Shown here piece by piece: positions 40,375 through 50,727 of a DNA stretch of 64,000 nucleotides. The stretch covers positions 1,563-65,562 of the forward strand of contig JAUWZD010000009.1 of NCBI GenBank assembly GCA_030615505.1. Direction: 5' to 3'. This DNA comes from Spirochaetales bacterium. Lineage in GTDB: Bacteria > Spirochaetota > Spirochaetia > SZUA-6 > DRHE01. The position numbers and the translations under genes are program-made. The notes beneath the pieces were generated by a model. It saw nothing but the letters and a program-made list of their open reading frames with translations. It ran no database searches and was not told where the DNA came from. Each line of letters begins with the position of its first letter. Within the stretch, counting starts at the first letter, position 1.

Positions 40375-41898
40375 ATGCTTGAGGGTTTACAGATGTTCGT
40401 CGAAGGTTTTATTGGCTTCATGCGGCCAAAGATAATCTTTGATGTGCTGTGGGCCACCCAGTTGGGGATTATAGTGGGCATGCTGCCGGGGCTTACCGCC
40501 ACCATGGGTGTGGCTTTAATGACCACACTGACCTTTAAAATGGAAGCCTCCAATGCGGTGCTGATTTTAGTGTGCATGTATGTAGGGGCAATCTACGGGG
40601 GGAGCAGGAGCGCCATACTATTGAATATTCCCGGCACCCCGGCCAATGCGGCCACAGCCGTGGACGGCTATCCCCTGGCCAAGCAGGGCCGGGCGGGAAG
40701 GGCGATCGGGATTGCCACCACCGGATCATTTATTGGCTCAGTCATCGGCATGCTCATGCTGGCCTTTTTTACGCCCATCATCGGGAACTTTGCCTTGAAA
40801 ATTCATTCGCCTGAATTTACCTGGCTGGCAATCTTTGGAATTGTGATCTGCGGAAACCTTACAGCTCCAAAGGATCCCTTAAAGGGGTGGATTGCCGGAT
40901 TTGCCGGGCTCTTTGTGGCCATGATCGGAATGGAGGGTATGCATGCGCATATTCGCTTTGCCTTTGGCACCGTAGCCCTCTCAGGGGGGATTGCGCTTTT
41001 ACCGGCCATGGTCGGCGCATTTGGCTTTGCCGAGATAATCACGATAATGAAGCATCCCAAGTATGAGGTGGTTAAGACCAAGATCGAGCGGGTCATACCA
41101 AAGTTCAGCGATATCAAGCGGTATTTTAAGACGATTGTCCGTTCGGGAGTTGTGGGCACCTTCATCGGCGCCATCCCCGGAGTGGGTGAGGATATAGCCG
41201 CCTGGGTGTCCTACGATATGGCCAAGCGCTCGAGCAAAGAGGGAGATAAGTTTGGCACCGGCGTCGTTGAGGGGCTCATTGCTGCGGAGACAGGAAATAA
41301 CGCCTGTGTAGCGGGCGCCATGATACCTGTGCTTTCCCTGGCTATTCCGGGCTCGGCGCCCGCGGCCGTGCTCTTAGCGGCCATGTTCATCCACGGGATA
41401 CGTCCCGGTCCGCTGATCATGCTCGAGTTTCCTGAGTTTGTTTTTCAGGTTGTGGCCATGGTGCTTCTGGCCTCTACGGCAATGTTGATTCTTGGATTAT
41501 CCATGGTTCGTACCCTGGTCAAGGTGCTACTGGTGCCCCGGGAGAAGCTGATGCCCATTGTGTTCATTCTATGTGTGGTTGGAGCTTTTGCCATACAGCA
41601 GCGAATCTTCGATGTGGGCGTCATGGTGGTGTTCGGAGTTATAGGGTATTACATGCGGGAGATGGATTACCCGGTCGCTCCTCTGGTACTGGGGATAATT
41701 CTGGGAAAAATCCTGGATGACAACCTGAGAAGGGCCCTTACACTATCTGACGGCAGTATCATTCCCTTTTTCACCAGGCCTATCTGCACGGTTCTTGCTA
41801 TAATTACCCTGCTGACCATTTTCAGCCGGATGAAGTGGTTCCAGAAACTTACGGGCTCAGTCCGTTCGGGAATAAAGGCTGTGTTTAAGGGGAAATAA
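40375..41898 (+). CDS. tctA: TTT large membrane subunit
   Basis: GMLPGL, YGGSRSAILLNIPGTP, DGYPLA, ETGNNA. Confidence 0.95.
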   Translation: MLEGLQMFVEGFIGFMRPKIIFDVLWATQLGIIVGMLPGLTATMGVALMTTLTFKMEASNAVLILVCMYVGAIYGGSRSAILLNIPGTPANAATAVDGYPLAKQGRAGRAIGIATTGSFIGSVIGMLMLAFFTPIIGNFALKIHSPEFTWLAIFGIVICGNLTAPKDPLKGWIAGFAGLFVAMIGMEGMHAHIRFAFGTVALSGGIALLPAMVGAFGFAEIITIMKHPKYEVVKTKIERVIPKFSDIKRYFKTIVRSGVVGTFIGAIPGVGEDIAAWVSYDMAKRSSKEGDKFGTGVVEGLIAAETGNNACVAGAMIPVLSLAIPGSAPAAVLLAAMFIHGIRPGPLIMLEFPEFVFQVVAMVLLASTAMLILGLSMVRTLVKVLLVPREKLMPIVFILCVVGAFAIQQRIFDVGVMVVFGVIGYYMREMDYPVAPLVLGIILGKILDDNLRRALTLSDGSIIPFFTRPICTVLAIITLLTIFSRMKWFQKLTGSVRSGIKAVFKGK

Positions 41899-41902
41899 AG
41901 CC

Positions 41903-43078
41903 ATGGAAGAAAAGATTCGCTGTGGATTTGCCGGGGCCGGTTTCGCGGCCCGCTTTCACTACGAGTCCCTGAAAGCTTTGGCTGCCTTGGGGATCGAGCC
42001 GGTGGGGGTCTTCTCCAAGCGGGAGGAGAGCAGGCAGAAGTTTGCCGCTGAAAGGGGTATGAAAGCTTACAGCTCTTTAGAAGAGCTGCTCGAGGCGGTG
42101 GATGTGATCCACGTCTGTGTTCCGCCCGCCCTGCACCAATGGGTTGCGGTGGAGGCTTTAAAGAGGGATGTTCACGTGATCGTGGAAAAGCCCTTTACCG
42201 GCTTTTTCGGTCCTCCGGAGGCAATTGATTTCAGGGGAAACGAATTTCCCAAGCAGAGGATGCGCGAGGAAGCACTCAGGAATGCCTCGGGAATGCTGGA
42301 GGCCGAAAAGAAGAGCCCTGCCAGGATCTTCTACGCGGAGAATTGGGTCTTTGCCCCTGTCATCCAGAAAGAGGTGGAGATAATCGAAAAGACCAAAGCG
42401 CAGATCCTCTGGATCATTGCCGAAGAATCACACTCCGGTTCCCACTCACCCACCTACGGCATCTGGAAGCACTCCGGGGGTGGGTCCATTATGGGCAAGG
42501 GGACCCACCCTCTAACCACCGTACTCTATTTAAAACGGATTGAGGGTATGGCCAGGCAAGGTAAGCCGCTTCGACCCAAAACCGTAACGGCCAGAACCCA
42601 CGAGTTAACTCGCCTGCCGGCTTTTCAGGATAAGGGATACTTGCGCACCGGCTACACGGATGTGGAGGATTACGGCCTGATGCACGTGGTTTTCGAGAAT
42701 GGAACAGTGGCCGATATCTTCTCAACCGAGATCGTGATGGGAGGCGTGCACAACTGGCTGGAAGTGCTGGCCAACAATCACAGGACGCGCTGCAACATCA
42801 ATCCCATGGACGGTCTGGAGACCTATAACCCGGAGGAAGAACAGTTCAAGGATATTTATGTGGTGGAGAAGATCGGGACCAGGCAGGGCTGGAGCAAGCC
42901 CGCCCCGGATGAGAACTGGATGAACGGCTATGTGCAGGAACTGTCTTATTTCTACCGCTGCATTCGGGAAGGAAAGGAGCCCTTTTCTTCCTCCCAGCTG
43001 GGCTATGATACGGTTTCAGTGATCTACTCGGCCTATCTCTCGGCTGAGAAGGGAGGAGCTGAGGTGGATGTTCCCTAG
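41903..43078 (+). CDS. Gfo/Idh/MocA oxidoreductase
   Basis: GAGF, HVIVEKP, YAENW, GGG; similar to 21586..22644. Confidence 0.9.
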   Translation: MEEKIRCGFAGAGFAARFHYESLKALAALGIEPVGVFSKREESRQKFAAERGMKAYSSLEELLEAVDVIHVCVPPALHQWVAVEALKRDVHVIVEKPFTGFFGPPEAIDFRGNEFPKQRMREEALRNASGMLEAEKKSPARIFYAENWVFAPVIQKEVEIIEKTKAQILWIIAEESHSGSHSPTYGIWKHSGGGSIMGKGTHPLTTVLYLKRIEGMARQGKPLRPKTVTARTHELTRLPAFQDKGYLRTGYTDVEDYGLMHVVFENGTVADIFSTEIVMGGVHNWLEVLANNHRTRCNINPMDGLETYNPEEEQFKDIYVVEKIGTRQGWSKPAPDENWMNGYVQELSYFYRCIREGKEPFSSSQLGYDTVSVIYSAYLSAEKGGAEVDVP

Positions 43079-43091
43079 CTGATTCTCATTT

Positions 43092-44183
43092 TTATGGCTC
43101 AAGCCAGCCGCCCAGATGAGACCGGACATAATCGCAGTCGGTCAGGTGCGGGTAATTACGTATTATCGAATCGATTTTCTTGCACTGCCCCAGTGAAAGC
43201 CGCTCATCGGCCAGGGTTTTAACACCGGAGACCAGTCCGCTTTTACTCAATACATAGAGTATACCTGGGATGCAGCCGGAGAAATTATGGGCTGGATCAA
43301 AAACTGCGGCATTAGATTCGGTAACCTGGGCGGCAAGGGTTAACATCTCAGCCGGTATGCTTCCGGTACCGGAAAGGGCCTTGATTCTCTCCAGCTGCTC
43401 TACGGCCCGCTTCGTCCAGTAGGCCCAGTGGCCCAGCAATCCTCCGACGATCCGGAGCTTAATCAGTCCGGCACCAATATTTATCTCATATGGGGTCAAC
43501 AGGTCAACTACAATAGAATCGTCGTTCCCGGTATAGAGGACGATCTCCTCGCTCCGTCCCGAGGCGGCAACGGCCCGGACTACTTCCAGGGTATGATAAC
43601 GGTTAAAGGGGGCTATCTTTATAGCGGCCAGGTTGGGAATTTCTGAAAGCTTTCGCCAGAAACCTTCTGAGAGCAGGCGTCCGCCCACGGCCGGCTGGAG
43701 GTAAAAGCCCATGATCGGGATCACGGCCGCGATTTCCTGTGCATGTTGGACCAGTTGTTTTTCGTTTGTCTCTCTTAATGCACCAAGGCTAAGCAGGCCG
43801 ATATGATAGCCCAACTCCCGGGCAGTGGCCGCCTCCTTGACCGCCTGTTTTGTGGGTCCGGTAATACCGGCAATCATAACCGGTTGACGGTCCCCGGCAG
43901 CACTGTTTGGCATCCAATCCCGGGCAGTAGCAATGGCCAGCTCAAGAACAGGCCTGTAAAGACCCACGGCCGGGTCATGGATTTTGAACTCGGTAGTATG
44001 GACCCCGACGGCCAACCCGCCGGCTCCGGCAGCAAGGTAGTACCGGGTCAGGGCTCGCTGATGCGGTTCGTCAAGCTGCTTCTGCTCGGTTAAGGCCAGG
44101 GGATGTGCGGGGATCACCGTACCCAGGCGCAGGGTTTCCAGAATCTTTGTGGAAGGTAATGGAAAAGAATTTTCGGTTCCCAC
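43092..44183 (-). CDS. dihydrodipicolinate synthase/N-acetylneuraminate lyase family protein
   Basis: IPAHP, GVHTTEF, GFYLQP, AIK (Schiff-base Lys), YTGNDD. Confidence 0.85.
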   Translation of the reverse strand: MGTENSFPLPSTKILETLRLGTVIPAHPLALTEQKQLDEPHQRALTRYYLAAGAGGLAVGVHTTEFKIHDPAVGLYRPVLELAIATARDWMPNSAAGDRQPVMIAGITGPTKQAVKEAATARELGYHIGLLSLGALRETNEKQLVQHAQEIAAVIPIMGFYLQPAVGGRLLSEGFWRKLSEIPNLAAIKIAPFNRYHTLEVVRAVAASGRSEEIVLYTGNDDSIVVDLLTPYEINIGAGLIKLRIVGGLLGHWAYWTKRAVEQLERIKALSGTGSIPAEMLTLAAQVTESNAAVFDPAHNFSGCIPGILYVLSKSGLVSGVKTLADERLSLGQCKKIDSIIRNYPHLTDCDYVRSHLGGWLEP

Positions 44184-44234
44184 GGCCGGCTCTTTAGATC
44201 ATAAAAGGTAACAGTTAGTGAGTGATAGGAGCGA

Positions 44235-44402
44235 TTATTGGAGCTTGAATAGGACAGAAAAGACTTCGAAAGCAAATAATTCAGGAACTGCAAAAAGCTT
44301 GGGTGTATCAATTACTTTTCGCAGGACTTCTTCAGCATTTGGATGGTTCTCATCTTCTATAAACCATCTTAAGACCACAGATGCGTAAATGACCCAGATC
44401 AC
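44235..44402 (-). pseudogene. VapC (PIN) toxin, truncated
   Basis: GTG start overlaps the antitoxin stop; MIWVIYASVVLRWF (Tyr at the catalytic Asp of the VIDAS motif)...VPELF.FEV; stops after 55 aa. Confidence 0.65.
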
Positions 44403-44671
44403 AGGTTATATCCTCTAAGGTCACGCAGTACCTGTATGCTGTTCTCTTCCAGTACATTTTTTGCACTCAAACTCTTGATCTTTCTGAGAAGTTTCTGCTT
44501 CTCTTCTTCTGCCTGTTTGTCGATAAATCTTCGTCTGAATTCCTCAGGAGTGATCAGAACTGCCCGAATAACTCTTCCCTTACTTATGAGTACTGGTTCA
44601 TTTGTCTTCTCAAGAGTATCCAGTACACTTCCCAGATTGTTTCTTATTGTCAGGGCATTGACTGTTTTCAT
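44399..44671 (-). CDS. Phd/YefM antitoxin
   Basis: TVNALTIRNNLGSVLD..EPVLISKG...AVLITPEEF. Confidence 0.85.
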   Translation of the reverse strand: MKTVNALTIRNNLGSVLDTLEKTNEPVLISKGRVIRAVLITPEEFRRRFIDKQAEEEKQKLLRKIKSLSAKNVLEENSIQVLRDLRGYNL

Positions 44672-44939
44672 AGGATCTCCTGTTTACCTTTTTCTAAAAA
44701 ATAGCAGGAGAAAACATATACGTCAAGTGTATACGTGTATATACACATATAACTTATTATAATAAGGTGATTCGCGTTTGTTCGGCAAGGAGAGAACAGC
44801 AAAAAGCTTCTTTGCTAAACAGTTTACTGAAAAGTAAATACATAGTAGCCTTGCCATATTTCATAGATCTATCCTTGGAAACAAAGCCCAGCGTTCCGGG
44901 CAGGGGCCGGTTTAAGGAAAAACACGAGAATAGGGGTTT

Positions 44940-45320
44940 TTGAAGGCAATAAGGGCGGAGGGATTAAGCAAGATCTTTGACCCTCAGATCAGGGCGGTCA
45001 GCGAGCTGACCCTGGAAGTGGAAAGGGGAGAGACATTCTGCTTTTTTGGACCCAATGGCGCGGGAAAGACTACGACCTTAAGGCTTCTGAACGGAATCCA
45101 GTGGTGTGAGCTGGTGGCCTGCGGCAAGAAGGAGTAGCTGATCAACTCCGGCATCGAGGAGAAGCGCAGCGAGATAAAAACCGTGAATCAGAGCTTCACC
45201 TTTCCCTATATCCACGGAGAGGAATCAACGGCTTCATACAACAGGTCCTAAAACAGGGAGAAATTTTACTAGAGGTGCGGCCGATTCGTCCCAGCCCGGA
45301 GGATGTCTATTTTCATTATA
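44940..45320 (+). pseudogene. ABC-2 exporter ATPase, internally deleted
   Basis: Walker [10 protein letters not shown], then frame breaks; C-terminal RPS.EDVYF remnant. Confidence 0.75.
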
Positions 45321-45335
45321 TAGGGAGAACGAACA

Positions 45336-45920
45336 ATGAACTGGTCTAGAGTGCGCGCCATCATTAAAAAGGATATTCAGGCTGTTGTCTACGCCAAGCT
45401 GGTGATGATCCCGATGATTGTTATGCCCCTTGTGCTGTGTATCGCTGTACCTGCCTTTGTTACGATCCAGTCCCTATTTATGATCCTGCCCCTCATGGCA
45501 TCCTCCATCGTAACGGCCAATTCGATTGTGGGGGAAAAGGAGCGTAAAACCCTGGAGACCCTGCTCTATACTCCGGTCACAAACAGGGAATTTCTGGTGG
45601 CCAAGTTATTGAACTCCTTTATCCCGGCTGTGCTGATTGGCTGTGCCGGGTTTGCCGGTTTCTTTTTGGTCCTCAACCTGATCTATTTTTTGCACAGGAA
45701 TATGCTGATTATCCACTCCTGGATCTGGATGCCGGCGATTCTGCTCCTCTCTCCTTCGGTCTCCCTTATCGGCCTGTCCCTAACTCTGATGGTATCCCTC
45801 AAGGCCAAATCTTACGCCTAAGCGCAGTAGGTGGCGGGGGTGATCGTGCTGCCCTTCATTGTCCTGATCGTCGTGCAGATTACCGGAGTGATTATCTTTA
45901 AGGCTCTCTACCTTTTAAAA
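45336..45920 (+). pseudogene. ABC-2 exporter permease with nonsense codons
   Basis: GEKERKTLETLLYTP; KSYA*AQ*VAGVIVLP continues past two stops. Confidence 0.75.
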
Positions 45921-45979
45921 TGCTCGGGTAAAGTATCCGCAGCTGCCGATCTGGAGTAACAGCAAATTCCTAAACGATA

Positions 45980-47053
45980 TTACTCGATGCGTTTGGCCTG
46001 CATTTGTGCTTTGATGGCCAGCTCGGCTGCCTTAAAGGTATGCTCCTGAGTCATGGCCTTCTCCGTGCCGCCCAGGCAGTCCAGTATGAGCTTCCCAAAA
46101 TAGGGAAATCCGACTTTTCCGCATACGGAGAAACGCTTTTCCCCCTCGTGATCTACCAGATACACCTGGTCTCCTTCGTTGTCTCGACTCACATCAAGAT
46201 ATTTCCTCAATTCGATGTACCCTTGCGTACCGAGGATAAAGGTTCTTCCGTCTCCCCAGGCGCCGAGTCCGTCGGGGGTAAACCAATCGACCCTGAAGTA
46301 GGCGGTGGCTCCGTTATCCGCTACTAAAGAGGCATCGCCAAAATCTTCAAGCTCAGGATACTGGGGGTGGTTGTAGTTAGCGACTTTACTGTGGAGAATT
46401 TTTGCATCCTTCGCACCGGCAAAGGAGAGAAACTGCTCGATCTGGTGGCTCCCGATATCGCAGATAATGCCGCCGTACTTTTTCTTCTTGAAAAACCAGG
46501 GCGGTCTCGTGTCCGGATTCATCCTGTGAGGCCCCAGTCCGATGACCTGAACCACCCGGCCTATGGTGCCCTCTTCGATGAGCTGGCCGGCATAGACTGC
46601 GCACTCTGAATGAAGGCGCTCCGCATAGTAAACGGCGTACTTCATTCCCGAATCTTCGGCCTTCCGGCGAGCTTCGGCGAGCTGATTTAAGGTTGTCAGG
46701 GGGGGTTTGTCGGCAAAGTAATGTTTGCCGTGGTCCATCACTTTTAGTCCCAGGGAACAGCGCTCAGAGGGTATTCTAGCGCTTGCGATTAAGCGTACGG
46801 ATAGGTCGTTCAAAATCTCATCCTCAGAGGATGCTGCCTGAACCTTGGGAAAGGCCTGACAGAATTGTTTCACCTTGGCAGGGTCCGGATCATATACCCA
46901 TTTGAGCTCCGCGCCCCCTTCCACCATGCCGTTGCACATGCCGTAAATGTGGCCGTGGTCAAGACCGATGGCTGCAATCTGGAATTCCCCCTCTTTGCAA
47001 ACGGGGTTGGGTTTGCCCTTGGGGGCGTAGAACATGCCGTCCGCTTTTTGCAT
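45980..47053 (-). CDS. Gfo/Idh/MocA oxidoreductase
   Basis: IGLDHGH, GKHYFADKP, GGIICDIGSH; start moved to ATG 47053. Confidence 0.9.
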   Translation of the reverse strand: MQKADGMFYAPKGKPNPVCKEGEFQIAAIGLDHGHIYGMCNGMVEGGAELKWVYDPDPAKVKQFCQAFPKVQAASSEDEILNDLSVRLIASARIPSERCSLGLKVMDHGKHYFADKPPLTTLNQLAEARRKAEDSGMKYAVYYAERLHSECAVYAGQLIEEGTIGRVVQVIGLGPHRMNPDTRPPWFFKKKKYGGIICDIGSHQIEQFLSFAGAKDAKILHSKVANYNHPQYPELEDFGDASLVADNGATAYFRVDWFTPDGLGAWGDGRTFILGTQGYIELRKYLDVSRDNEGDQVYLVDHEGEKRFSVCGKVGFPYFGKLILDCLGGTEKAMTQEHTFKAAELAIKAQMQAKRIE

Positions 47054-47215
47054 AGGAAGCTCCTTTTTAAAAGGTGCTATAGCAGTTGTACTAAAAGGTG
47101 TCAATAGCTGGAAAGAAATTTGGGGACTGCATACAATCTTTAAAAATCCTCCATAGAGCATTTACCTTTCCGGAGTATCATTTTCTTAAGAAAAGATTAT
47201 TTTGGAGGATAGGAA

Positions 47216-47914
47216 ATGAAAAGGAAAGCTTTACTATTGATTCTGGTTATGTTCTTTGCGATAACGGTTGACCTAGTAGCTGCAGAGTACAGCTCCAACT
47301 TTGCCCTCGGTATCAGCAGCGCCATCGTTTCCATCGAGCCGGGAACTCTCACCCAAGCGGAGAAGGAGGGTCTGCTGCTCATGCGGGAGGAGGAGAAACC
47401 GGCCAGGGATGTATATATAAAATTCTTCGAGCGGTGAGGTATTCCGAGCTTCGGGAATATCGGCCGCGCTGAGGCTGAGCATATGGAGGGTGTTAAGGTG
47501 CTCCTGGACGGCTATGGCCTGGAGGACCCAGTCGGGATGGATGCGGTTGGTGAGTTTAAGAATCAGGAACTGCAGAAGCTCTACGATGAACTGACATCAG
47601 AGGGGACCCGCTCCTTTGAGAGGGCCCTGCAGGCGGGTGCGCTAATCGAGGATGTTGATATCTTCGACCTGCGCAATCTGATCGAGAGGACCGATAAGGA
47701 TGATATCAAGATTCTTTACCAGAATCTTCTAAAAGGCTCGAGAAACCACCTGCGCTCATTTGCGCGACAGCTCGACCGAAACGATTATGACTATGAGGAA
47801 CAGTACCTCAGCCAGGAGGAGTTTGACCGGATTGCCGGAAGCAGCCAGGAGTGGGGTGGAACGAGCACTGATCCCGATTTCAGGTTAAAGCCATTCCGGA
47901 TGGCTCAACAGTAA
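47216..47914 (+). pseudogene. DUF2202 ferritin-like protein split by an in-frame TGA
   Basis: MREEEK.ARDVY..ER*G..F.NI..AE..H in frame with 47483..47914 (GALIED.DI.DL, GSRNHLRSF). Confidence 0.8.
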
Positions 47915-48128
47915 GCTATGTCGGGAAGAAATACTATCTAAACATCAAGATTATCATGGTAGAAACTGCAGAGATTATAGGCTCCAGCATTGCCGACGCC
48001 ACGGATGCCACCGAGTTCTACGAAATGTGCAACGAAGCGGTATTTATGCTGTTCTAAAAAACGCATGCGGACTTGATCCCTTTAAGTTAGCTGAGCACCT
48101 AGTGCTTGTGGAGAAAGTTCTGCTCTCC

Positions 48129-49787
48129 TTATTTTTCATAGACAACCTTGCCGCCGGCTATTGTCATCTTAACTTCAATATCTTTGATCCGTTCTTCAAC
48201 GCAATTGAGGAAATCATCTTCAAGAATAACCATATCTGCAAATTTCCCCGGCTCAATGGATCCTTTAATACTTTCCTCAAAAGATGAATAGGCATTATTG
48301 ATCGTATAGCAGCGAAGGGCCTCCTCCCGGCTGATAGCTTCTTCCGGTACGATAACAGTGCCACGTTCAGTCTTTCTGGTAACCATGGCATACATGGCAA
48401 GCCACGGGTTGTAGGGATTGATCGAATCTTTATTGTCGAGTTTAACCATATGATCGCTTCCGGCGCTGACTTTTATCCCGCAATTGATGAGAGAGCGATA
48501 TGGATGGAAATTTCGCATTCTTTCCCTGCCCAGAATATAGAGCATGGCATCACCATCCTTATAAAACCAGGCGGGTTGACAGTCAGCGATTATTCCGAGC
48601 TCCTTGAATCTAGAGAGGGCTTCGGGAGTAAAAAAATTACCGTGTATAATGGAAAAGCGTAAAGGCTGCACATCGATCGTACGATTTACCTTCTCATAGG
48701 CATCGAGCAGGAGGTCCACTGCCCCACCGCCGGTGCAATGGGCGGTCATCTTCCAGCCCTCTTCCGCACCTGCATGACAGAGCCTGGCAAGCTCACCGGC
48801 GCTGAACTGGGCTATGCCTCGATAGTCCGGATCTGCAACCCCGAATAGTTTATTGGCCTTATGGCCCCAGGGTTCGCGGAGATAAGCTGTTCCGGTTAGT
48901 ATACCGCCGTCTATTAAAACTTTCAGAGCGCCGATTCTGATCCATTCATCCCCATAACCGGTGGAGAAGGCCAGTGCTTTAACAGATTCCCTGATTTCTT
49001 TTAAAGGCGTTTCTTTAAAGGGGAAATCCACAGCTATATTAATAAATACCCTCAAGGTAAGCATTCGCTTCTCTTTCATATAACGGTAGAGTGCTATGTC
49101 TTTCTCGGAAAGTAGGCCCGAAGTAACTCCCGTAAAACCGACCCGGTTGTAAAGATCAAACATCTTCTTCAGTGCCAGGGCGCGCCTTGAGATTGAAAAC
49201 GTTTTTTCAGGGGGCTGTTTGAGCAGTTTGAAAGCCGTAAAACGGAGCTTTCCATTCAGTTTTCCCGTTGTTTTGTCCTTAAGAATTCCCGGGTGTCCGG
49301 TTTTTTCGCTAATGTTGCTAACACACATGGCGGATGAATTAATTACCCCTCCGAATGTACCGTTTAAAAAAACCGGATTGTCTGGAGCAGCCGAGTCGAG
49401 CTCCTCAAGCGTAGGGGCGCGCAGTTCAAGCAGCCGTGTAGAGAACATTTTCGGGTGTATTATCCATTCCCCATCCGCTTTAGATTTTGCCTGCTCTTTG
49501 ATCCAGGTTAAAAGGTCTTTGAGGTTACGGGGGTTTGGAAGTGATTGTTCAAGCTCACTCAATGATGCCATTTCCGGATGAGCGTGTGCCTCGATAAGTC
49601 CGGGTACAACTGTATGCCCCTGAAGATCAATTTTCTTAAGTTTAGCTCCACCTAAAGATAGAATATCCCTGTTCGACCCTACCTCCAGGAAACGGTCTCC
49701 TTTTATGGCCACAGCTTGAGCAATAGAGAAAGCACTGTCTACCGTGAGAATTTTACCATTGAAGTATATGGTATCAGGCGCTGCCAT
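48129..49787 (-). CDS. amidohydrolase-3 (YtcJ-like) metal-dependent hydrolase
   Basis: NGKILT, IDLQG.TVVPGLIEAHAH, K...DG, HCTG, IIH, GSD, YTINNAY, GSIEPGKFAD. Confidence 0.9.
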   Translation of the reverse strand: MAAPDTIYFNGKILTVDSAFSIAQAVAIKGDRFLEVGSNRDILSLGGAKLKKIDLQGHTVVPGLIEAHAHPEMASLSELEQSLPNPRNLKDLLTWIKEQAKSKADGEWIIHPKMFSTRLLELRAPTLEELDSAAPDNPVFLNGTFGGVINSSAMCVSNISEKTGHPGILKDKTTGKLNGKLRFTAFKLLKQPPEKTFSISRRALALKKMFDLYNRVGFTGVTSGLLSEKDIALYRYMKEKRMLTLRVFINIAVDFPFKETPLKEIRESVKALAFSTGYGDEWIRIGALKVLIDGGILTGTAYLREPWGHKANKLFGVADPDYRGIAQFSAGELARLCHAGAEEGWKMTAHCTGGGAVDLLLDAYEKVNRTIDVQPLRFSIIHGNFFTPEALSRFKELGIIADCQPAWFYKDGDAMLYILGRERMRNFHPYRSLINCGIKVSAGSDHMVKLDNKDSINPYNPWLAMYAMVTRKTERGTVIVPEEAISREEALRCYTINNAYSSFEESIKGSIEPGKFADMVILEDDFLNCVEERIKDIEVKMTIAGGKVVYEK

Positions 49788-49845
49788 ATCTCTTGAATTA
49801 CTTCCTCTATTCAATATCTATGCTATTACCTTTAAAATATTGTGT

Positions 49846-49963
49846 GTTCAGCGCAAAAAAAAATCAAGTCAGCGACCGGAGGAAGTCCTGTGGACGTCCG
49901 AATCTATCCTGTGTTGGACTTTTGCTTTAAGAACTTCGGTTGCGGATGTAATCTGCGCTGGGA
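49846..49963 (-). repeat. degenerate attC-like imperfect inverted repeat
   Basis: Ends cagcgca/tgcgctg; inner arms tcagcgaccgga/ttcggttgcgga and aagtcc/ggactt; core triplets AGC/GCT rather than AAC/GTT. Confidence 0.45.
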
Positions 49964-50130
49964 AATAGCCGTAAGCCCAACCTTCTACACCAGATTCAAG
50001 TTGGACCTGATATAAGAAATATGAGCATTCTCGATCCACCATTCTTAGCTCGAACCTTCCATTTCTGAATAAATTTTCAACCATTCCCCATTTTCTTCAG
50101 TTACAGCTATGATGTCCAATGGCATTAGCG
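49964..50130 (-). pseudogene. SH3-like domain protein remnant
   Basis: Fragments PLDIIAVTEENGEWLKI and YQVQLESGVEGWAYGYF in different frames. Confidence 0.35.
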
Positions 50131-50727
50131 GCTGCTTTCTTTATTATTGGCAATACCCTCTAAAGAACGTACCCCTCAAGGGGAAATTAAGTAATTTTTT
50201 TCTGGGGTTTGCCGGGGAAAAAATCCTTGAGTACAGAGGAAGTTATAGCAAAACAGAAAACAGTATTTGGAGGCTGTTAGTGACAATTATACTGAATGCA
50301 TACGAAGCGATGATCGAAAACAGGCAGCTTACAATCGATATGCCCAGTAAGATGTTCAGAAGCAGATGACTGAATATATTTACCCCGGGCAGGAGCCCAA
50401 TGCATAACAGCCCCTACAGGATGTGTTGAGTCGTGTTGAGTATTCTATTTGACAAAGGTAATACAAAGTATTAAATTGATAGGCTATTATGATTAAAGTC
50501 AAGGATCAATAGGATCCTTGAAAGATTATGCTTTGTAAAAAACAATAGGTGACTGTATACTGTCTTTAACCCCAAACCAGGGAAGGAAAGGGGAAAGGGC
50601 AGTAGATGAACGTTAAATTTTCTGTGGCGCTTTGCGACCACGGGGAAAAGGTTTGTTAAGTCACCTACTGTATTTGTACCAATAAACTGTGTGCTCATTT
50701 GGGACCGCGAATATTTCCTAAGTAAAG

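Noticed and set aside
47930-48057. Possible DsrE-like C-terminal remnant
   Set aside because: Similarity is weak and short.
50401-50450. GCATAAC as an attC R'' box
   Set aside because: No matching L boxes or complementary arm downstream.
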